Below are positions 48,117 through 58,370 of a stretch of DNA of 64,000 nt, one piece after another. This DNA comes from a bacterium (lineage in GTDB: Bacteria > Patescibacteriota > Patescibacteriia > JAGPKW01): the NCBI GenBank assembly GCA_021780535.1, contig JAJXYN010000012.1, positions 5,688 through 69,687 of the forward strand. The letters are read 5' to 3'. A model generated the notes under the pieces. The model saw nothing but the letters and a program-made list of their open reading frames with translations. It did no database searches and was not told the DNA's origin. Position numbers and translations under genes: made by a program. Position 1 is the first letter of the stretch. Each line of letters opens with the position of its first letter.

Positions 48117-48575
48117 TTAGTATTCTCCTAATTTCACTGCTCTTTGAGCTCTTCTTTTTTCTTCTTTTTTCTTCATATCGTCCCTTTTGTCATAGAGTTT
48201 TTTACCTCTTGCGAGAGCTATTTCTACTTTTATTTTTCTTCCATTTAAATATACTTTTAATGGGATTATTGTTAGCCCTTTGTCTCTAACTTTTCCTATT
48301 AATTTATTTATTTCTTTTTTGTTTAATAGTAATTTTCTGGATTGTTCTGGATCATAAAATTGTTGGACATTACTTGCTGGTTTATATTTTGAAATATGAG
48401 AATTTAATAGATACACTTCTTCATTTCCCATTATTTTTACGTATGAAGATTTTAATGATATTCCGTGAGTTTTTATTGATTTGACTTCTGGACCAGTTAA
48501 TACAATACCAGCCTCGTATTTATCGAGTATTTCATAATTGAAATTTGCAGCTGAATTTTCGCAGTAAATTAGCAT
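48117..48575 (-). CDS. smpB: SsrA-binding protein
   Basis: YEAGIVLTGPEVKSIK, RKLLLNKKEI, ARGKKLYDKR. Confidence 0.97.
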   Translation of the reverse strand: MLIYCENSAANFNYEILDKYEAGIVLTGPEVKSIKTHGISLKSSYVKIMGNEEVYLLNSHISKYKPASNVQQFYDPEQSRKLLLNKKEINKLIGKVRDKGLTIIPLKVYLNGRKIKVEIALARGKKLYDKRDDMKKKEEKRRAQRAVKLGEY

Positions 48576-48774
48576 AATTGTCTTATTATTACTGTTAATT
48601 ATATAGGTTAAAACGTTTATAGTAAAGATACTTTAGTTTTTGGTTTAAGCTTTTGACTTTGATTTGAAATATAAAAGAAATTATTTGGTTGTTAGGATTT
48701 AATTTGTGGATATCTTTTTATATATTGATTTTGTGCTATGTTGCATGTTTTGTATAAAATGTTATAATATTGTT

Positions 48775-48917
48775 ATATAGCATTTATTCTACTGCTTATT
48801 AGTGAAGAAAGTTAGAAGAATCCTCCTCCTTTTTTTCTGATGAGTATTCTTAAATTAAGATGAAATCGTTTACGATTAACACTCTTAAGTTAATAAGCGG
48901 TGGTATGGATGTTATAT
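48775..48917 (+). ncRNA. candidate structured ncRNA with UCCUCCUCCU (anti-SD) loop
   Basis: 28-bp terminal helix with 6 G:U pairs on the + strand, three internal hairpins, extended -10 TGTTATAAT ending 6 nt upstream. Confidence 0.65.
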
Positions 48918-48936
48918 TTTATTTAAAAATAAAAAC

Positions 48937-49686
48937 ATGAGAAACGATACATCTTGGGGTAATTCTGCTGATTGGTATGATAATCTTCTTAATACTGATA
49001 GTGATAGCTACCAGGCTAAAGTTATTTTACCTAATATTTTAAGACTTCTTGATCTTAAAAAAGATGATTTTATTTTAGATTTGGCTTGTGGCTCTGGCTT
49101 TTTTTCTCGTGAATTTTATAAATTATCTAGAAATATTACGGGTGTTGATATTTCTAAAGAACTTATTAATATTGCAAAAACTAGTAATGTAGATATTAAT
49201 TTTTATGTATCTTCTGCTGATGATCTAAAATTTACTAAAGATAATTCTATTGATAAAGCTGTTTGCATACTTGCTATTCAAAATATAGAAAACGTAAAGG
49301 GTGTTTTATCTGAAATTTATAGAGTTTTAAAAAAAGATGGGAAAATGTTTTTTGTATTGAATCATCCTGCTTTTAGAATCCCAAAGAATAGCTCCTGGAT
49401 AGAAGATAAAACTGTTCGTGCTAGAAGAATTGATGAATATATGTCTGAATCTAAAATTAAAATTGAAATGCATCCAGGTGAAAAAAATTCTCCATTTACC
49501 ATTACTTTTCACAGACCACTTCAAGTTTATTTTAAGTTGTTTGATAAGGCTGGATTTGTTGTTAAAAGACTTGAAGAATGGAATTCTCATAAGGTTAGCC
49601 AAAACGGACCAAGAAAAGATGCTGAAGATAAAGCTAGAAAAGAATTCCCTATGTTTATGATGATTGAGATAATAAAAGGTAACTAG
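48937..49686 (+). CDS. class I SAM-dependent methyltransferase
   Basis: ILDLACGSG, GVDISKELI, RVLKKDG, FHRPL. Confidence 0.92.
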   Translation: MRNDTSWGNSADWYDNLLNTDSDSYQAKVILPNILRLLDLKKDDFILDLACGSGFFSREFYKLSRNITGVDISKELINIAKTSNVDINFYVSSADDLKFTKDNSIDKAVCILAIQNIENVKGVLSEIYRVLKKDGKMFFVLNHPAFRIPKNSSWIEDKTVRARRIDEYMSESKIKIEMHPGEKNSPFTITFHRPLQVYFKLFDKAGFVVKRLEEWNSHKVSQNGPRKDAEDKARKEFPMFMMIEIIKGN

Positions 49687-49726
49687 TTGACTTTTTTTAT
49701 ATTTTGTGTTAATATTTTTTGTACAC

Positions 49727-49799
49727 TAGGTGTTAGCCAAGCGGTTATGGCGCCTGCTTTGGGAGCAGGAGATCGTGGGTTCAATTCCCATACACCTAA
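49727..49799 (+). tRNA. tRNA-Pro(TGG), atypical U1:A72
   Basis: TAGGTGT/ACACCTA acceptor, CCTGC-TTTGGGA-GCAGG anticodon arm, GTGGG-TTCAATT-CCCAT T arm; own promoter and terminator; CCA not encoded. Confidence 0.88.
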
Positions 49800-49927
49800 T
49801 AGGCTTCGAAACTATTTCGAAGCTTTTTTATTTTGTAAAAAAAGATTGTAAATATATGATAATAGTGTAAAATGAATTGTATGTTTTGTTAATTTTATCA
49901 ATTTTTTGTGAATTTATTTAATGCATT

Positions 49928-50019
49928 AAATTTAACTATAATATTTTTTTTCATGGTGTTCCGTTTAATTAAGATATTAAAGGAACTTACAAATGAATAA
50001 AAATATTATAGTTAAATTT
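49928..50019 (+). repeat. intergenic hairpin family, copy 2
   Basis: 21-bp inverted arms around TTCATGGTGTTCCG...GGAACTTACAAATGAA; upstream of argS. Confidence 0.8.
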
Positions 50020-50050
50020 TAAAATATAAAACGTTATTAAAATTTAAAAA

Positions 50051-51826
50051 ATGAATAAATATAAAATAAAATTAATTGAATTATTAAAAACCGTGAATAT
50101 TAACGGTGTTAGTCTTTCCGATATTCCAAACAGTTGGCTAAATCAAAAAATAGAATCAAAAATAGATTTTCTAAATAGAGATGAAAAGTCTTATAATTTT
50201 GTTTATGGATTAGTTGAGGCTCCGAAGGATTTGAAAAATGGAGATTTTTCTTTTCCTTGTTTCTTTTTTGCTATGAAAGGGGTTGATTTGGTAAAAAATC
50301 CAAACGAAGCTGCTAATATAATTTATTCTCAAATTTTAAATAATAATATTTTTGATGTTTCAGTTGCTGGTCCTTTTTTGAATTTTAAAATTAAGGAATC
50401 TATTTTAATTGATGAATTTTCTAATTATAAAGAAAATTTAGATTTATTAAAAAATATTGGAAATAATAAAAAGATATTAATTGAATATTCGTCTCCAAAT
50501 ACTAATAAATCTCAACATCTTGGTCATTTAAGAAATAATCTTTTGGGTGTTTCTTTATCTAATATTTTTAGAGATTGCGGTTTTAATGTTGTTACTAGTT
50601 GTATTTTTAATGATAAAGGAACGGCAATGGCTAAGACTATTTGGGGGTATATGAAATTTGGGAATAACTCTGAGCCGAATGATATAAAATCTGATAAATT
50701 TGTTTCTGAATTTTATGTAAAAGCAAGTCAATATGAAAAAGAACATCCAGAAGTTACTGAAGAAATTAATGAAATAAATAGAAAGTGGGAGAATGGAGAT
50801 GTAAAAGTTGTGGCTATGTGGAAAAAGCTTGTTGATTGGGTTTATGAGGGCTATAAAGAAACTTATGAAAAATTAGGTTGTACTTTTGATTATAAATATT
50901 ATGAAAGTGATATTTACAAAAAAGGCAAAGAAATATCTCAAGAAGCATTTAAAAATGGAATTTTGAAGGAAGGTGATAGTGGGGCTATTGTAACAAATTT
51001 AGAAAAATATGATTTGCCGGATACTATTGTTATTAAATCTGATGGTACTAGCCTTTATATTACTCAAGATATTTATTTAGCAAAATTGAGAAATGAAGAA
51101 ATTTGTCCAGATAAAACTATTTATATAGTTGCAAATGAACAAAATCTTCATTTTAAACAATTGTTTGCATTACTTGACCAATTACATATTGGTAAACGTG
51201 AAAATTATTTTCATTTGAATTATGGATATGTGACTTTGCCTACCGGTAGAATGAAGAGTAGAGAAGGAACTGTTGTTGATGCTGATGATTTGATTGATAG
51301 TGTTGTAAAGGAAGCGCAATTAATTGCGCCTGGACAAAAAAATGTTGCGGAAGAAATAGGTCTTGGTGCTGTTAAATTCCAATTTTTAAAAGTGGATGCT
51401 TTTTCTGATTTTGTTTTTGATCCTATTAAATCTATTGAATTAACAGGAGATACGAGTGTTTATATTCAATATGCTTATGCAAGAATTAACTCAATATTTA
51501 ATAAATTAAATATTGATAGTTTAAAATTTAATAATTTAAAATTTAAAAATATAAAATTAGAGAATGAAGAAATTAATCTTATGAGGGAGATTTTAACTTT
51601 TAATGATTCTATGGAAAAAGTTATTGAAACCTATTCTCCATCTTTTCTTTGTAAAAAATTGTTAGATATTGCAAATGCTTATAATTCTTTTTATCAAAAA
51701 TGTAGAATTTTGGATTTAGAAAATGATGATTTAAAGAATTTTAGACTTGAATTGAGTAGAATAACGTCTGTTTATATTAAATATGGATTAAATTTATTAG
51801 GTATTAATATTGTTGATAAAATGTAA
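50051..51826 (+). CDS. argS: arginine--tRNA ligase
   Basis: EYSSPNTNKSQHLGHLRN, KSDGTSLY, MKSREG, YIQYAYAR. Confidence 0.97.
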   Translation: MNKYKIKLIELLKTVNINGVSLSDIPNSWLNQKIESKIDFLNRDEKSYNFVYGLVEAPKDLKNGDFSFPCFFFAMKGVDLVKNPNEAANIIYSQILNNNIFDVSVAGPFLNFKIKESILIDEFSNYKENLDLLKNIGNNKKILIEYSSPNTNKSQHLGHLRNNLLGVSLSNIFRDCGFNVVTSCIFNDKGTAMAKTIWGYMKFGNNSEPNDIKSDKFVSEFYVKASQYEKEHPEVTEEINEINRKWENGDVKVVAMWKKLVDWVYEGYKETYEKLGCTFDYKYYESDIYKKGKEISQEAFKNGILKEGDSGAIVTNLEKYDLPDTIVIKSDGTSLYITQDIYLAKLRNEEICPDKTIYIVANEQNLHFKQLFALLDQLHIGKRENYFHLNYGYVTLPTGRMKSREGTVVDADDLIDSVVKEAQLIAPGQKNVAEEIGLGAVKFQFLKVDAFSDFVFDPIKSIELTGDTSVYIQYAYARINSIFNKLNIDSLKFNNLKFKNIKLENEEINLMREILTFNDSMEKVIETYSPSFLCKKLLDIANAYNSFYQKCRILDLENDDLKNFRLELSRITSVYIKYGLNLLGINIVDKM

Positions 51827-51832
51827 TTTCAT

Positions 51833-52762
51833 ATGCTTAAAGAATTTGAATTATTAAAAAAAATATCAACTAGTTCTTCTTGCCCACATGCTTTTTTATT
51901 TGTGGGACCGACTGATGTTGGAAAATTTGAAACAGCAATTAACTTTGCTAAATTTTTAAATTGTGAGAATAGAGAAGTAGAGAATTGGAGAAAAATAGGA
52001 TTAGAAAAGTGCGATTGTGAACAATGCATTGCTATAGACAAAGGAATTCATCCAGATTTTTATATTATTGAAAAACAAGAAGATAAAAAAGAAATTGTTG
52101 ATTCTCAAATTATAAATAAAGATAAAAAAGAAGGTATTATTTATAAAATTAATAATAATCCTATATTTGGAAAATATAATATTGTTATTATAAAAAATGC
52201 AGAATTAATGAATAAGACGGTATCTAACACTATATTAAAAAATTTAGAAGAGCCAAAAAATAATACTATTTTTATTTTAACAACGACAAATAAAAAAAAT
52301 ATTTTAGAAACCATAGTTTCAAGATGTATGATTGTAGAATTTTCTTTGTTAAACAAAAAAGAAGCTTATGAATTAATTGAAAATAAAAATAATAAAGAAT
52401 TGATATTAGATTTATCATCATTAAAATATAAAAAAATAAAAGAACTTAATAATATTGATGTTTTTAATAAATATGTTGTAGATATAAAAGATTTTTCAAA
52501 AATTTTAAAAGCTAAAGATTTTGAAAAAATAGCATATATTAATAGAATATTAGAAAATAAAGAAAATTTAAATTATTTTATATATATTTGGGAATTGTTT
52601 TTTGATTTTTATTTATTAAAGAAAAATATAGATTTAATAGGTGATGTTAAACTTTTAAACATAGGAGAAAATATGAAAAAGTTGTATAATATTAAGAATG
52701 CAGTAATGGGGAATTATATTTTAAAATTGGGGTTGATTAATTTTTTGTTGGAAATGAATTAA
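51833..52762 (+). CDS. holB: DNA polymerase III subunit delta'
   Basis: HAFLFVGP..VGK, zinc-binding Cys residues, HPDF, LKNLEEP, TIVSRC. Confidence 0.9.
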   Translation: MLKEFELLKKISTSSSCPHAFLFVGPTDVGKFETAINFAKFLNCENREVENWRKIGLEKCDCEQCIAIDKGIHPDFYIIEKQEDKKEIVDSQIINKDKKEGIIYKINNNPIFGKYNIVIIKNAELMNKTVSNTILKNLEEPKNNTIFILTTTNKKNILETIVSRCMIVEFSLLNKKEAYELIENKNNKELILDLSSLKYKKIKELNNIDVFNKYVVDIKDFSKILKAKDFEKIAYINRILENKENLNYFIYIWELFFDFYLLKKNIDLIGDVKLLNIGENMKKLYNIKNAVMGNYILKLGLINFLLEMN

Positions 52763-52816
52763 ATTTAAAAATTAAAAATTTTTAAATTAGAATATTTAAT
52801 TTTAATTTTTTGTTAA

Positions 52817-54001
52817 ATGAAATTTAGTAAATTTATATTTATATTCCTATTATTACCATTGTTTTTATCTGGTTGTACTCTTGATCAAACGACTAAAGTT
52901 GAAGAAGTTAGAACATATCCTTCTGGTATATTTAAAACTATTAATAATGGTCAGGTTTGGGATTCAAAATCTTTTGTTGAAAAAACTCAAAATAGAATAG
53001 TTAGTATATCTGATTCTTTGGTATATGATATTGGATTTTCTCCAATAAATAGTGACATGGTTGTTGCTACTAGAAATAATGGTATTTATTACACTAAAAC
53101 AAAAGGCGAACAATGGAGCCCACTTTTTAACATTGGTAAAGATGTAATGGCATATTCTTTTGATTCTACGAGTCCATCATCTTATTATGTTGGTTATCAA
53201 AATAAACTTTATAAAACTGATGATTATGGTGCAAATTGGAGGATTGTATATACCGATCCTGATTCAACTATTGTATCTGTTAGAGCTGATTATTTAAAAC
53301 CAACAAATATTTATATTTTTTTTGCTGACGGAAGAATATTAAAAACTGAAGACGGTTCTAGTTTTATGGTTATTTACAATTTTGCAAATATTCCACAAGA
53401 TCCAGCTAAAGTAAAACATAATTACAGCGTTGATAAAGCTAACCCATTGGGAATAAGAAGTGTTTATTTTTTTAAAAAAAGTACAGATAGTTTTTATGTT
53501 GTAACAAATGGTGGAGATTTATATTTTACTAATAATGGTGGAATTGGATTTACTTTGATAGATTTAATAAATAATAAAATATCCGGAACTGTTAGATTTA
53601 TAACTTTCTATCCTGGAGCAATTTCTAGTTTTATTTTAGTAACAGATGATGGTATTTATAAAACTTTTGATGGTGGTGCTAATTTTGAACCTATAAATAT
53701 ACTTACAAGTAGGAACAAAAATGTTACAGCCTTGGTTATTAGTCCAAAAAATGATAATATTTTTTATTATGCATTAGGAAACTTAATTTATAGAACTTCT
53801 AATGGTGGATTGACTTGGAATACCATGCCAAGTCCAGTAACTAGAACTATTTCTACATTAAAGATAGATCCAGAGAATCCTAATACTATATACTTAGGGT
53901 CTGATATTGATTTGAGAATGGTTGAAAATGCAAATAATCAAAATCTTTTTTGTGATCTTTTTGGCATATTGTTTCCTCAATTTTGTAAAACAACAAATTA
54001 A
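52817..54001 (+). CDS. lipoprotein with BNR/Asp-box beta-propeller repeats
   Basis: Lipobox LSGC; repeated YKTxDxGxNW/F motifs. Confidence 0.85.
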   Translation: MKFSKFIFIFLLLPLFLSGCTLDQTTKVEEVRTYPSGIFKTINNGQVWDSKSFVEKTQNRIVSISDSLVYDIGFSPINSDMVVATRNNGIYYTKTKGEQWSPLFNIGKDVMAYSFDSTSPSSYYVGYQNKLYKTDDYGANWRIVYTDPDSTIVSVRADYLKPTNIYIFFADGRILKTEDGSSFMVIYNFANIPQDPAKVKHNYSVDKANPLGIRSVYFFKKSTDSFYVVTNGGDLYFTNNGGIGFTLIDLINNKISGTVRFITFYPGAISSFILVTDDGIYKTFDGGANFEPINILTSRNKNVTALVISPKNDNIFYYALGNLIYRTSNGGLTWNTMPSPVTRTISTLKIDPENPNTIYLGSDIDLRMVENANNQNLFCDLFGILFPQFCKTTN

Positions 54002-54003
54002 TT

Positions 54004-54936
54004 ATGTTAGAAAATTTAATTTTATCTGGTATTTTTCTTTTGAATAATAATATTGTTAATGATTTTGTGGAAAAAAATATTAATAATAACTCTTATTTTC
54101 ATAATAAAAACATAATAGAGTTTAAGCAAGATGATCAAAATAAAAAAGATTATTTTTCTTCTACTAAAATAAATAAAAACAGTCTTGGAATGAGTGTTGA
54201 TTTAAAGTCTGGCATTATGTTTGATTATGATACTGGAGAAATTCTTTGGGCTAAAAATGAAAATGAACAAAGATCTATAGCGAGTCTTACTAAAATAATG
54301 ACCGTTTTAGTTTTTTTAGAGAATGATTATGATACTTCTAAATATTTGAAAATAGAAAAAAGTGATATTGATTTAGAAATGGAAGGGGCTGCAAAACTTG
54401 GCCTTAGAGTTGGAGATGAAATTAATGTTGAAGATTTGCTTATAGCATCGCTTGTTGGATCAAAGAATGATGCTGTTAATGCTCTTGTTAGATCTACTGG
54501 TCTTAGTGATGAAGAATATGTTAATAAAATGAATGAAAAAGCGAAATTTCTTGGTTTACAAGATACTCATTTTGATAATGTAAATGGCTTGTCTTCTTAT
54601 AATAAATCTACAGCAAAAGATTTGGCTAAACTTTTTTATTACGCTTTTTCTAATAAAGATATAAAAAAGATATCAACAATGACAAAATATACTTTTACTA
54701 GTAAATCTGGTAATGTTTACAATGTTAAAAGCACTGATAAATTATTAAGCACTGATTTATTTAGTATTTTGGCTGGTAAGACTGGATATTTAGATGATGC
54801 TCAATATTGTTTCGCTGTGTTGACTAAAAATAAAAATAAAAGAATTTTAGGTATTTTTCTTGGAAATGAAACAGATGAACAGAGATTCTATAATGCAAAA
54901 GTATTGAATTGGTGGGCATATAACAACTTTAAATAA
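54004..54936 (+). CDS. D-alanyl-D-alanine carboxypeptidase/endopeptidase (peptidase S11)
   Basis: IASLTKIMT (SxxK), SKN, GKTG. Confidence 0.92.
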   Translation: MLENLILSGIFLLNNNIVNDFVEKNINNNSYFHNKNIIEFKQDDQNKKDYFSSTKINKNSLGMSVDLKSGIMFDYDTGEILWAKNENEQRSIASLTKIMTVLVFLENDYDTSKYLKIEKSDIDLEMEGAAKLGLRVGDEINVEDLLIASLVGSKNDAVNALVRSTGLSDEEYVNKMNEKAKFLGLQDTHFDNVNGLSSYNKSTAKDLAKLFYYAFSNKDIKKISTMTKYTFTSKSGNVYNVKSTDKLLSTDLFSILAGKTGYLDDAQYCFAVLTKNKNKRILGIFLGNETDEQRFYNAKVLNWWAYNNFK

Positions 54937-54985
54937 TCTAATAAATCTAATATTATATTAGATTTATAAAGTATAATAACTAATT

Positions 54986-56410
54986 ATGTCTGGGAGAGTT
55001 ATTGCTAAAAATTCTATATTTCTTTTAATATCTTCCGTTTTTCAAAAACTGGTAGCTTTTGTTTATTTTGTTATTTTAACACATAATCTTCCTGCTGATT
55101 CTGTTGGTAAATATTCTTTTGCGTTTAGTTTTGCTCTTATTTTTGCTGTGTTCATGGATTTTGGAACTAATGCTCTTTTGATAAGAGAAACTTCTCGTAA
55201 TGAAAGTTCTATGAATAAATATACAAACAATATATTTTTCTTAGAATTATTGCTTGGTGTTATTTTCATATCTTTATCTATTTTTGCGGTTAATCTTTTA
55301 GGTTATCCTAAAGTTACTATACAACTTGTTACTATTGCTATATTTAGTGTTTTTGTTGATAATTTAACCACCACTTTTTATGCAGTATTAAGAGGTAAAC
55401 AACAAATATGGTTTGAAAGTATTGGATATGCTATATATCAATTAATAGTTTTAACACTTGGATTTTTTATTGTTAAAAATGGATTCCCTTTATATTTTTT
55501 AATGGTTCCACCACTTGTAGCTTCAATTATTAATTTTATATATGCCTTTATAATTCTTTATAAAAAAACAGATTTTAGATTTAAATTTGATTTTGATTCA
55601 GTTTTTATTAAGTCAATTGTTATGCTTGCTTTGCCTTTTGCGTTGACTGGAATATTTACAAAACTATATAGTTCACTTGATAGTTTGTTTCTTTCTTGGT
55701 TTAGTACTGATGAAAATATAGCCTATTATCAAGCTGCTTTTAAAATTGTTTTTGCTTTGCAATTTATTCCCATAGCAATTGGTTCTGCAACTTATCCAGC
55801 ATTTTCTAAATATTTTAAAGAAAATAAAGAAAGATTAATAAATACGTTTGAAAAATCTTTTGTTATTTTGTCTTCAATAGCGATTCCATTATCTTTTGGT
55901 GTTTTTGCTGTTTCAAAAGATTTTATTGATTTTATATATCCATCATATACGTCATCTATACTTGTTCTCCAAATTTTTTCTGCTTCTTTCTTTTTTATGT
56001 TTTTAAATTCACCGGTTGGATTAGCTCTTTCTGCTTGCGATAGGCAAGGGATAAATACTAGAAATTCTTTTATATCAATGATGACTAATCTAGTATTAAA
56101 TCTTATTCTTATACCAAAATTTGGTATATCTGGGGCTGCCACAGCTTCTGTTATTAGTTTTGTTGTTCTATTTTCAATGAATTTTAAAGAGGCTAGAAAT
56201 GTTGTTGGTTTTAAAGTGTCTTATTTATTGAAAAATGTATTAAAAGTTTTAGTTGCTTCTTTGATTATGTTTTTTGTTGTTATATTTTTTAAACAATATA
56301 TTAATTTTATTTTTGTAATACCTATTGGCATAATGGTTTATGGTGGTTTGGTATTTTTATTTAAAATTGTAAGTTTGAAAGATATTAAAAAATTGATAAA
56401 AAAAGAATAA
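54986..56410 (+). CDS. wzx: Wzx/MurJ-like polysaccharide flippase
   Basis: About 12-14 TM segments, DFG...IRE, LNLILIPKFGISGAA. Confidence 0.88.
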   Translation: MSGRVIAKNSIFLLISSVFQKLVAFVYFVILTHNLPADSVGKYSFAFSFALIFAVFMDFGTNALLIRETSRNESSMNKYTNNIFFLELLLGVIFISLSIFAVNLLGYPKVTIQLVTIAIFSVFVDNLTTTFYAVLRGKQQIWFESIGYAIYQLIVLTLGFFIVKNGFPLYFLMVPPLVASIINFIYAFIILYKKTDFRFKFDFDSVFIKSIVMLALPFALTGIFTKLYSSLDSLFLSWFSTDENIAYYQAAFKIVFALQFIPIAIGSATYPAFSKYFKENKERLINTFEKSFVILSSIAIPLSFGVFAVSKDFIDFIYPSYTSSILVLQIFSASFFFMFLNSPVGLALSACDRQGINTRNSFISMMTNLVLNLILIPKFGISGAATASVISFVVLFSMNFKEARNVVGFKVSYLLKNVLKVLVASLIMFFVVIFFKQYINFIFVIPIGIMVYGGLVFLFKIVSLKDIKKLIKKE

Positions 56411-56418
56411 ATATAATA

Positions 56419-57339
56419 ATGTTAATTGATAAAAATATGAAAATATCAATAATTATTCCAACTTATAACAGAGCTTCTTATATTGATAAGGCTATTTGGA
56501 GTATAAAAGATCAAACTAATTTTGATTTTTCAAATCTTGAAATTGTTATTGTAAATGATGGATCTACTGATAATACTGATGAAATTATTAATAAATGGAA
56601 AAACGTTTTTGATATTAATTACATAAAACAAAAAAATACAGGTGTTTGTATAAGTAGAAATGTTGCTATTAAAAATTCAAAATATGATACTGTTTTATTT
56701 TTTGATGATGATGCTATTATGGATAAAAATTGTTTGATAAATGTTTCTATTGTTATGGAAAATGAAAAAGCCATTGTTGGAAAAGTTTTGCCAAAAACTG
56801 ATAATATATGGAAATATTTTTCTGGACATTATAATCAAGGTGATAATGTTTGTGAATCAAATTCTTTTCTTGAAACTATAGCTGCATTTAAAAAAGAAGT
56901 TTTTGATAATGTTGGGTATTTGAATGAAAATATAGATTATGGGTCTGAAGGGGAAGAATATTTTGGTAGATTGAAAAATACATCATACAAATTAATGTAT
57001 TATCCTAATGTTATTATTTATCATGATTATAGTACTGATATATTAAAATTTATAAAAAAACAATATAAATTTGGAGAAAAAATGCTTTATGTTAAAAATA
57101 TTAGATTAAATTCTGTTATAGATGTTGTTAAAAATTATAGAAGTATAAAAAGAGGAAAAATGGTTTCAAACGCCGATGTTTTTAAATCAAATTCTTTATT
57201 TACTAATATTACTTTTTTTGAAAAAATATTTTTTATAATTATTTCTAAAATAGGTGTTGCATCACATTTAGTAGGTACTATTGTTGGATTTTATAAATAT
57301 AGTATGTCCACTTTAATGAATAAAAATATTAAAAAATAA
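56419..57339 (+). CDS. glycosyltransferase family 2
   Basis: SIIIPTYNR, VNDGSTD, FDDD. Confidence 0.92.
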   Translation: MLIDKNMKISIIIPTYNRASYIDKAIWSIKDQTNFDFSNLEIVIVNDGSTDNTDEIINKWKNVFDINYIKQKNTGVCISRNVAIKNSKYDTVLFFDDDAIMDKNCLINVSIVMENEKAIVGKVLPKTDNIWKYFSGHYNQGDNVCESNSFLETIAAFKKEVFDNVGYLNENIDYGSEGEEYFGRLKNTSYKLMYYPNVIIYHDYSTDILKFIKKQYKFGEKMLYVKNIRLNSVIDVVKNYRSIKRGKMVSNADVFKSNSLFTNITFFEKIFFIIISKIGVASHLVGTIVGFYKYSMSTLMNKNIKK

Positions 57340-57347
57340 AAACTTAA

Positions 57348-58238
57348 ATGATTGATTTATCTATTGTTATTGTTAATTATAATGTTAAAGATTTGGTTGT
57401 AAAAAATTTACAGTCTATTTTTACTTTTACAAAAAATATTTCTTATAAAATTTATTTAGTGGATAATGGTTCTTCTGATGGAAGTGTTGAATATCTTAAT
57501 GATGTTTTTAAAAATGAGATAGAATCTGATTTATTAAAAATATATGATACAAAAAATAATAATGGATTTGCTAAGGGTAATAATATTCCGCTTGCAGATA
57601 TTGATAGCAAATATATTTTATATATAAATCCTGATATGGAGATAAGTGAAAATGTTTTTTATAAACAAATAGATTTTATGAAAAATAATCCACTGGTAAA
57701 TTTTTCTACTTGTATGTTAAAATATCCAGATGGTGAAATCCAACACAATATAAAAGGGTTACCAACTTTTTTGATTAATCTTATTATATTACTTAAATTA
57801 CATCATTTTTTAAAATTTGATTTTCTAAAGAAATATTTTTTGTCTGATTTTAATTATTCTAAAACACAAAAAGTTGAACAAATAATGGGAGCTTTTGTTT
57901 TTGCCAAAAAAGAAATTGTTGATATTGTTGGGGTTTGGAGTGAAGATTATTGGCTTTGGTGGGAGGATGTTGATTTGTGTAAAAGAATTAAAAATTTAAA
58001 TTTTGAAATATTATACAATCCGAGTACTTTTGTAATTCATTACGAAGGGAAAAGCTTTTTTCAATTAGCTAGCATTGAAAGACAAAAGAGGTTTAATAAT
58101 GGTATGCTTATTTATTCAAAAAAATATTTTACTTATTATGAATATTTAATTTTGAAAATTTTTTCTTATTTTAGTTTGTTTTTAGCTTGGGTTACTATGA
58201 TTTTTAAGATTAAGCCTAGAGGGCAGGGGAAAATATAA
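57348..58238 (+). CDS. glycosyltransferase family 2 (WbbL/rhamnosyltransferase-like)
   Basis: IVIVNYN, VDNGSSDG, NGFAKGNN, NPD, EDVDLCKR. Confidence 0.9.
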   Translation: MIDLSIVIVNYNVKDLVVKNLQSIFTFTKNISYKIYLVDNGSSDGSVEYLNDVFKNEIESDLLKIYDTKNNNGFAKGNNIPLADIDSKYILYINPDMEISENVFYKQIDFMKNNPLVNFSTCMLKYPDGEIQHNIKGLPTFLINLIILLKLHHFLKFDFLKKYFLSDFNYSKTQKVEQIMGAFVFAKKEIVDIVGVWSEDYWLWWEDVDLCKRIKNLNFEILYNPSTFVIHYEGKSFFQLASIERQKRFNNGMLIYSKKYFTYYEYLILKIFSYFSLFLAWVTMIFKIKPRGQGKI

Positions 58239-58256
58239 TCTTGTTTTAATATATAA

Positions 58257-58346
58257 ATCTAATTAATAATGTTTTCTTTTCATAGTGTTCCGCTCGGTTA
58301 ATTTTTAAATGAGCTCACAAATGAATGAAAACATTATTAATTAGAT
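58257..58346 (+). repeat. intergenic hairpin family, copy 3
   Basis: 20-bp inverted arms around TTTTCATAGTGTTCCGCTC...GAGCTCACAAATGAA. Confidence 0.8.
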
Positions 58347-58370
58347 AATTAGATTTATTTTTAAAATTAT

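Noticed and set aside
49928-50019. Integron attC site (ATTTAAC...GTTAAAT ends)
   Set aside because: The other two copies lack RYYYAAC/GTTRRRY, the arms have no unpaired central spacer, the flanking genes are housekeeping, and no integrase is present.
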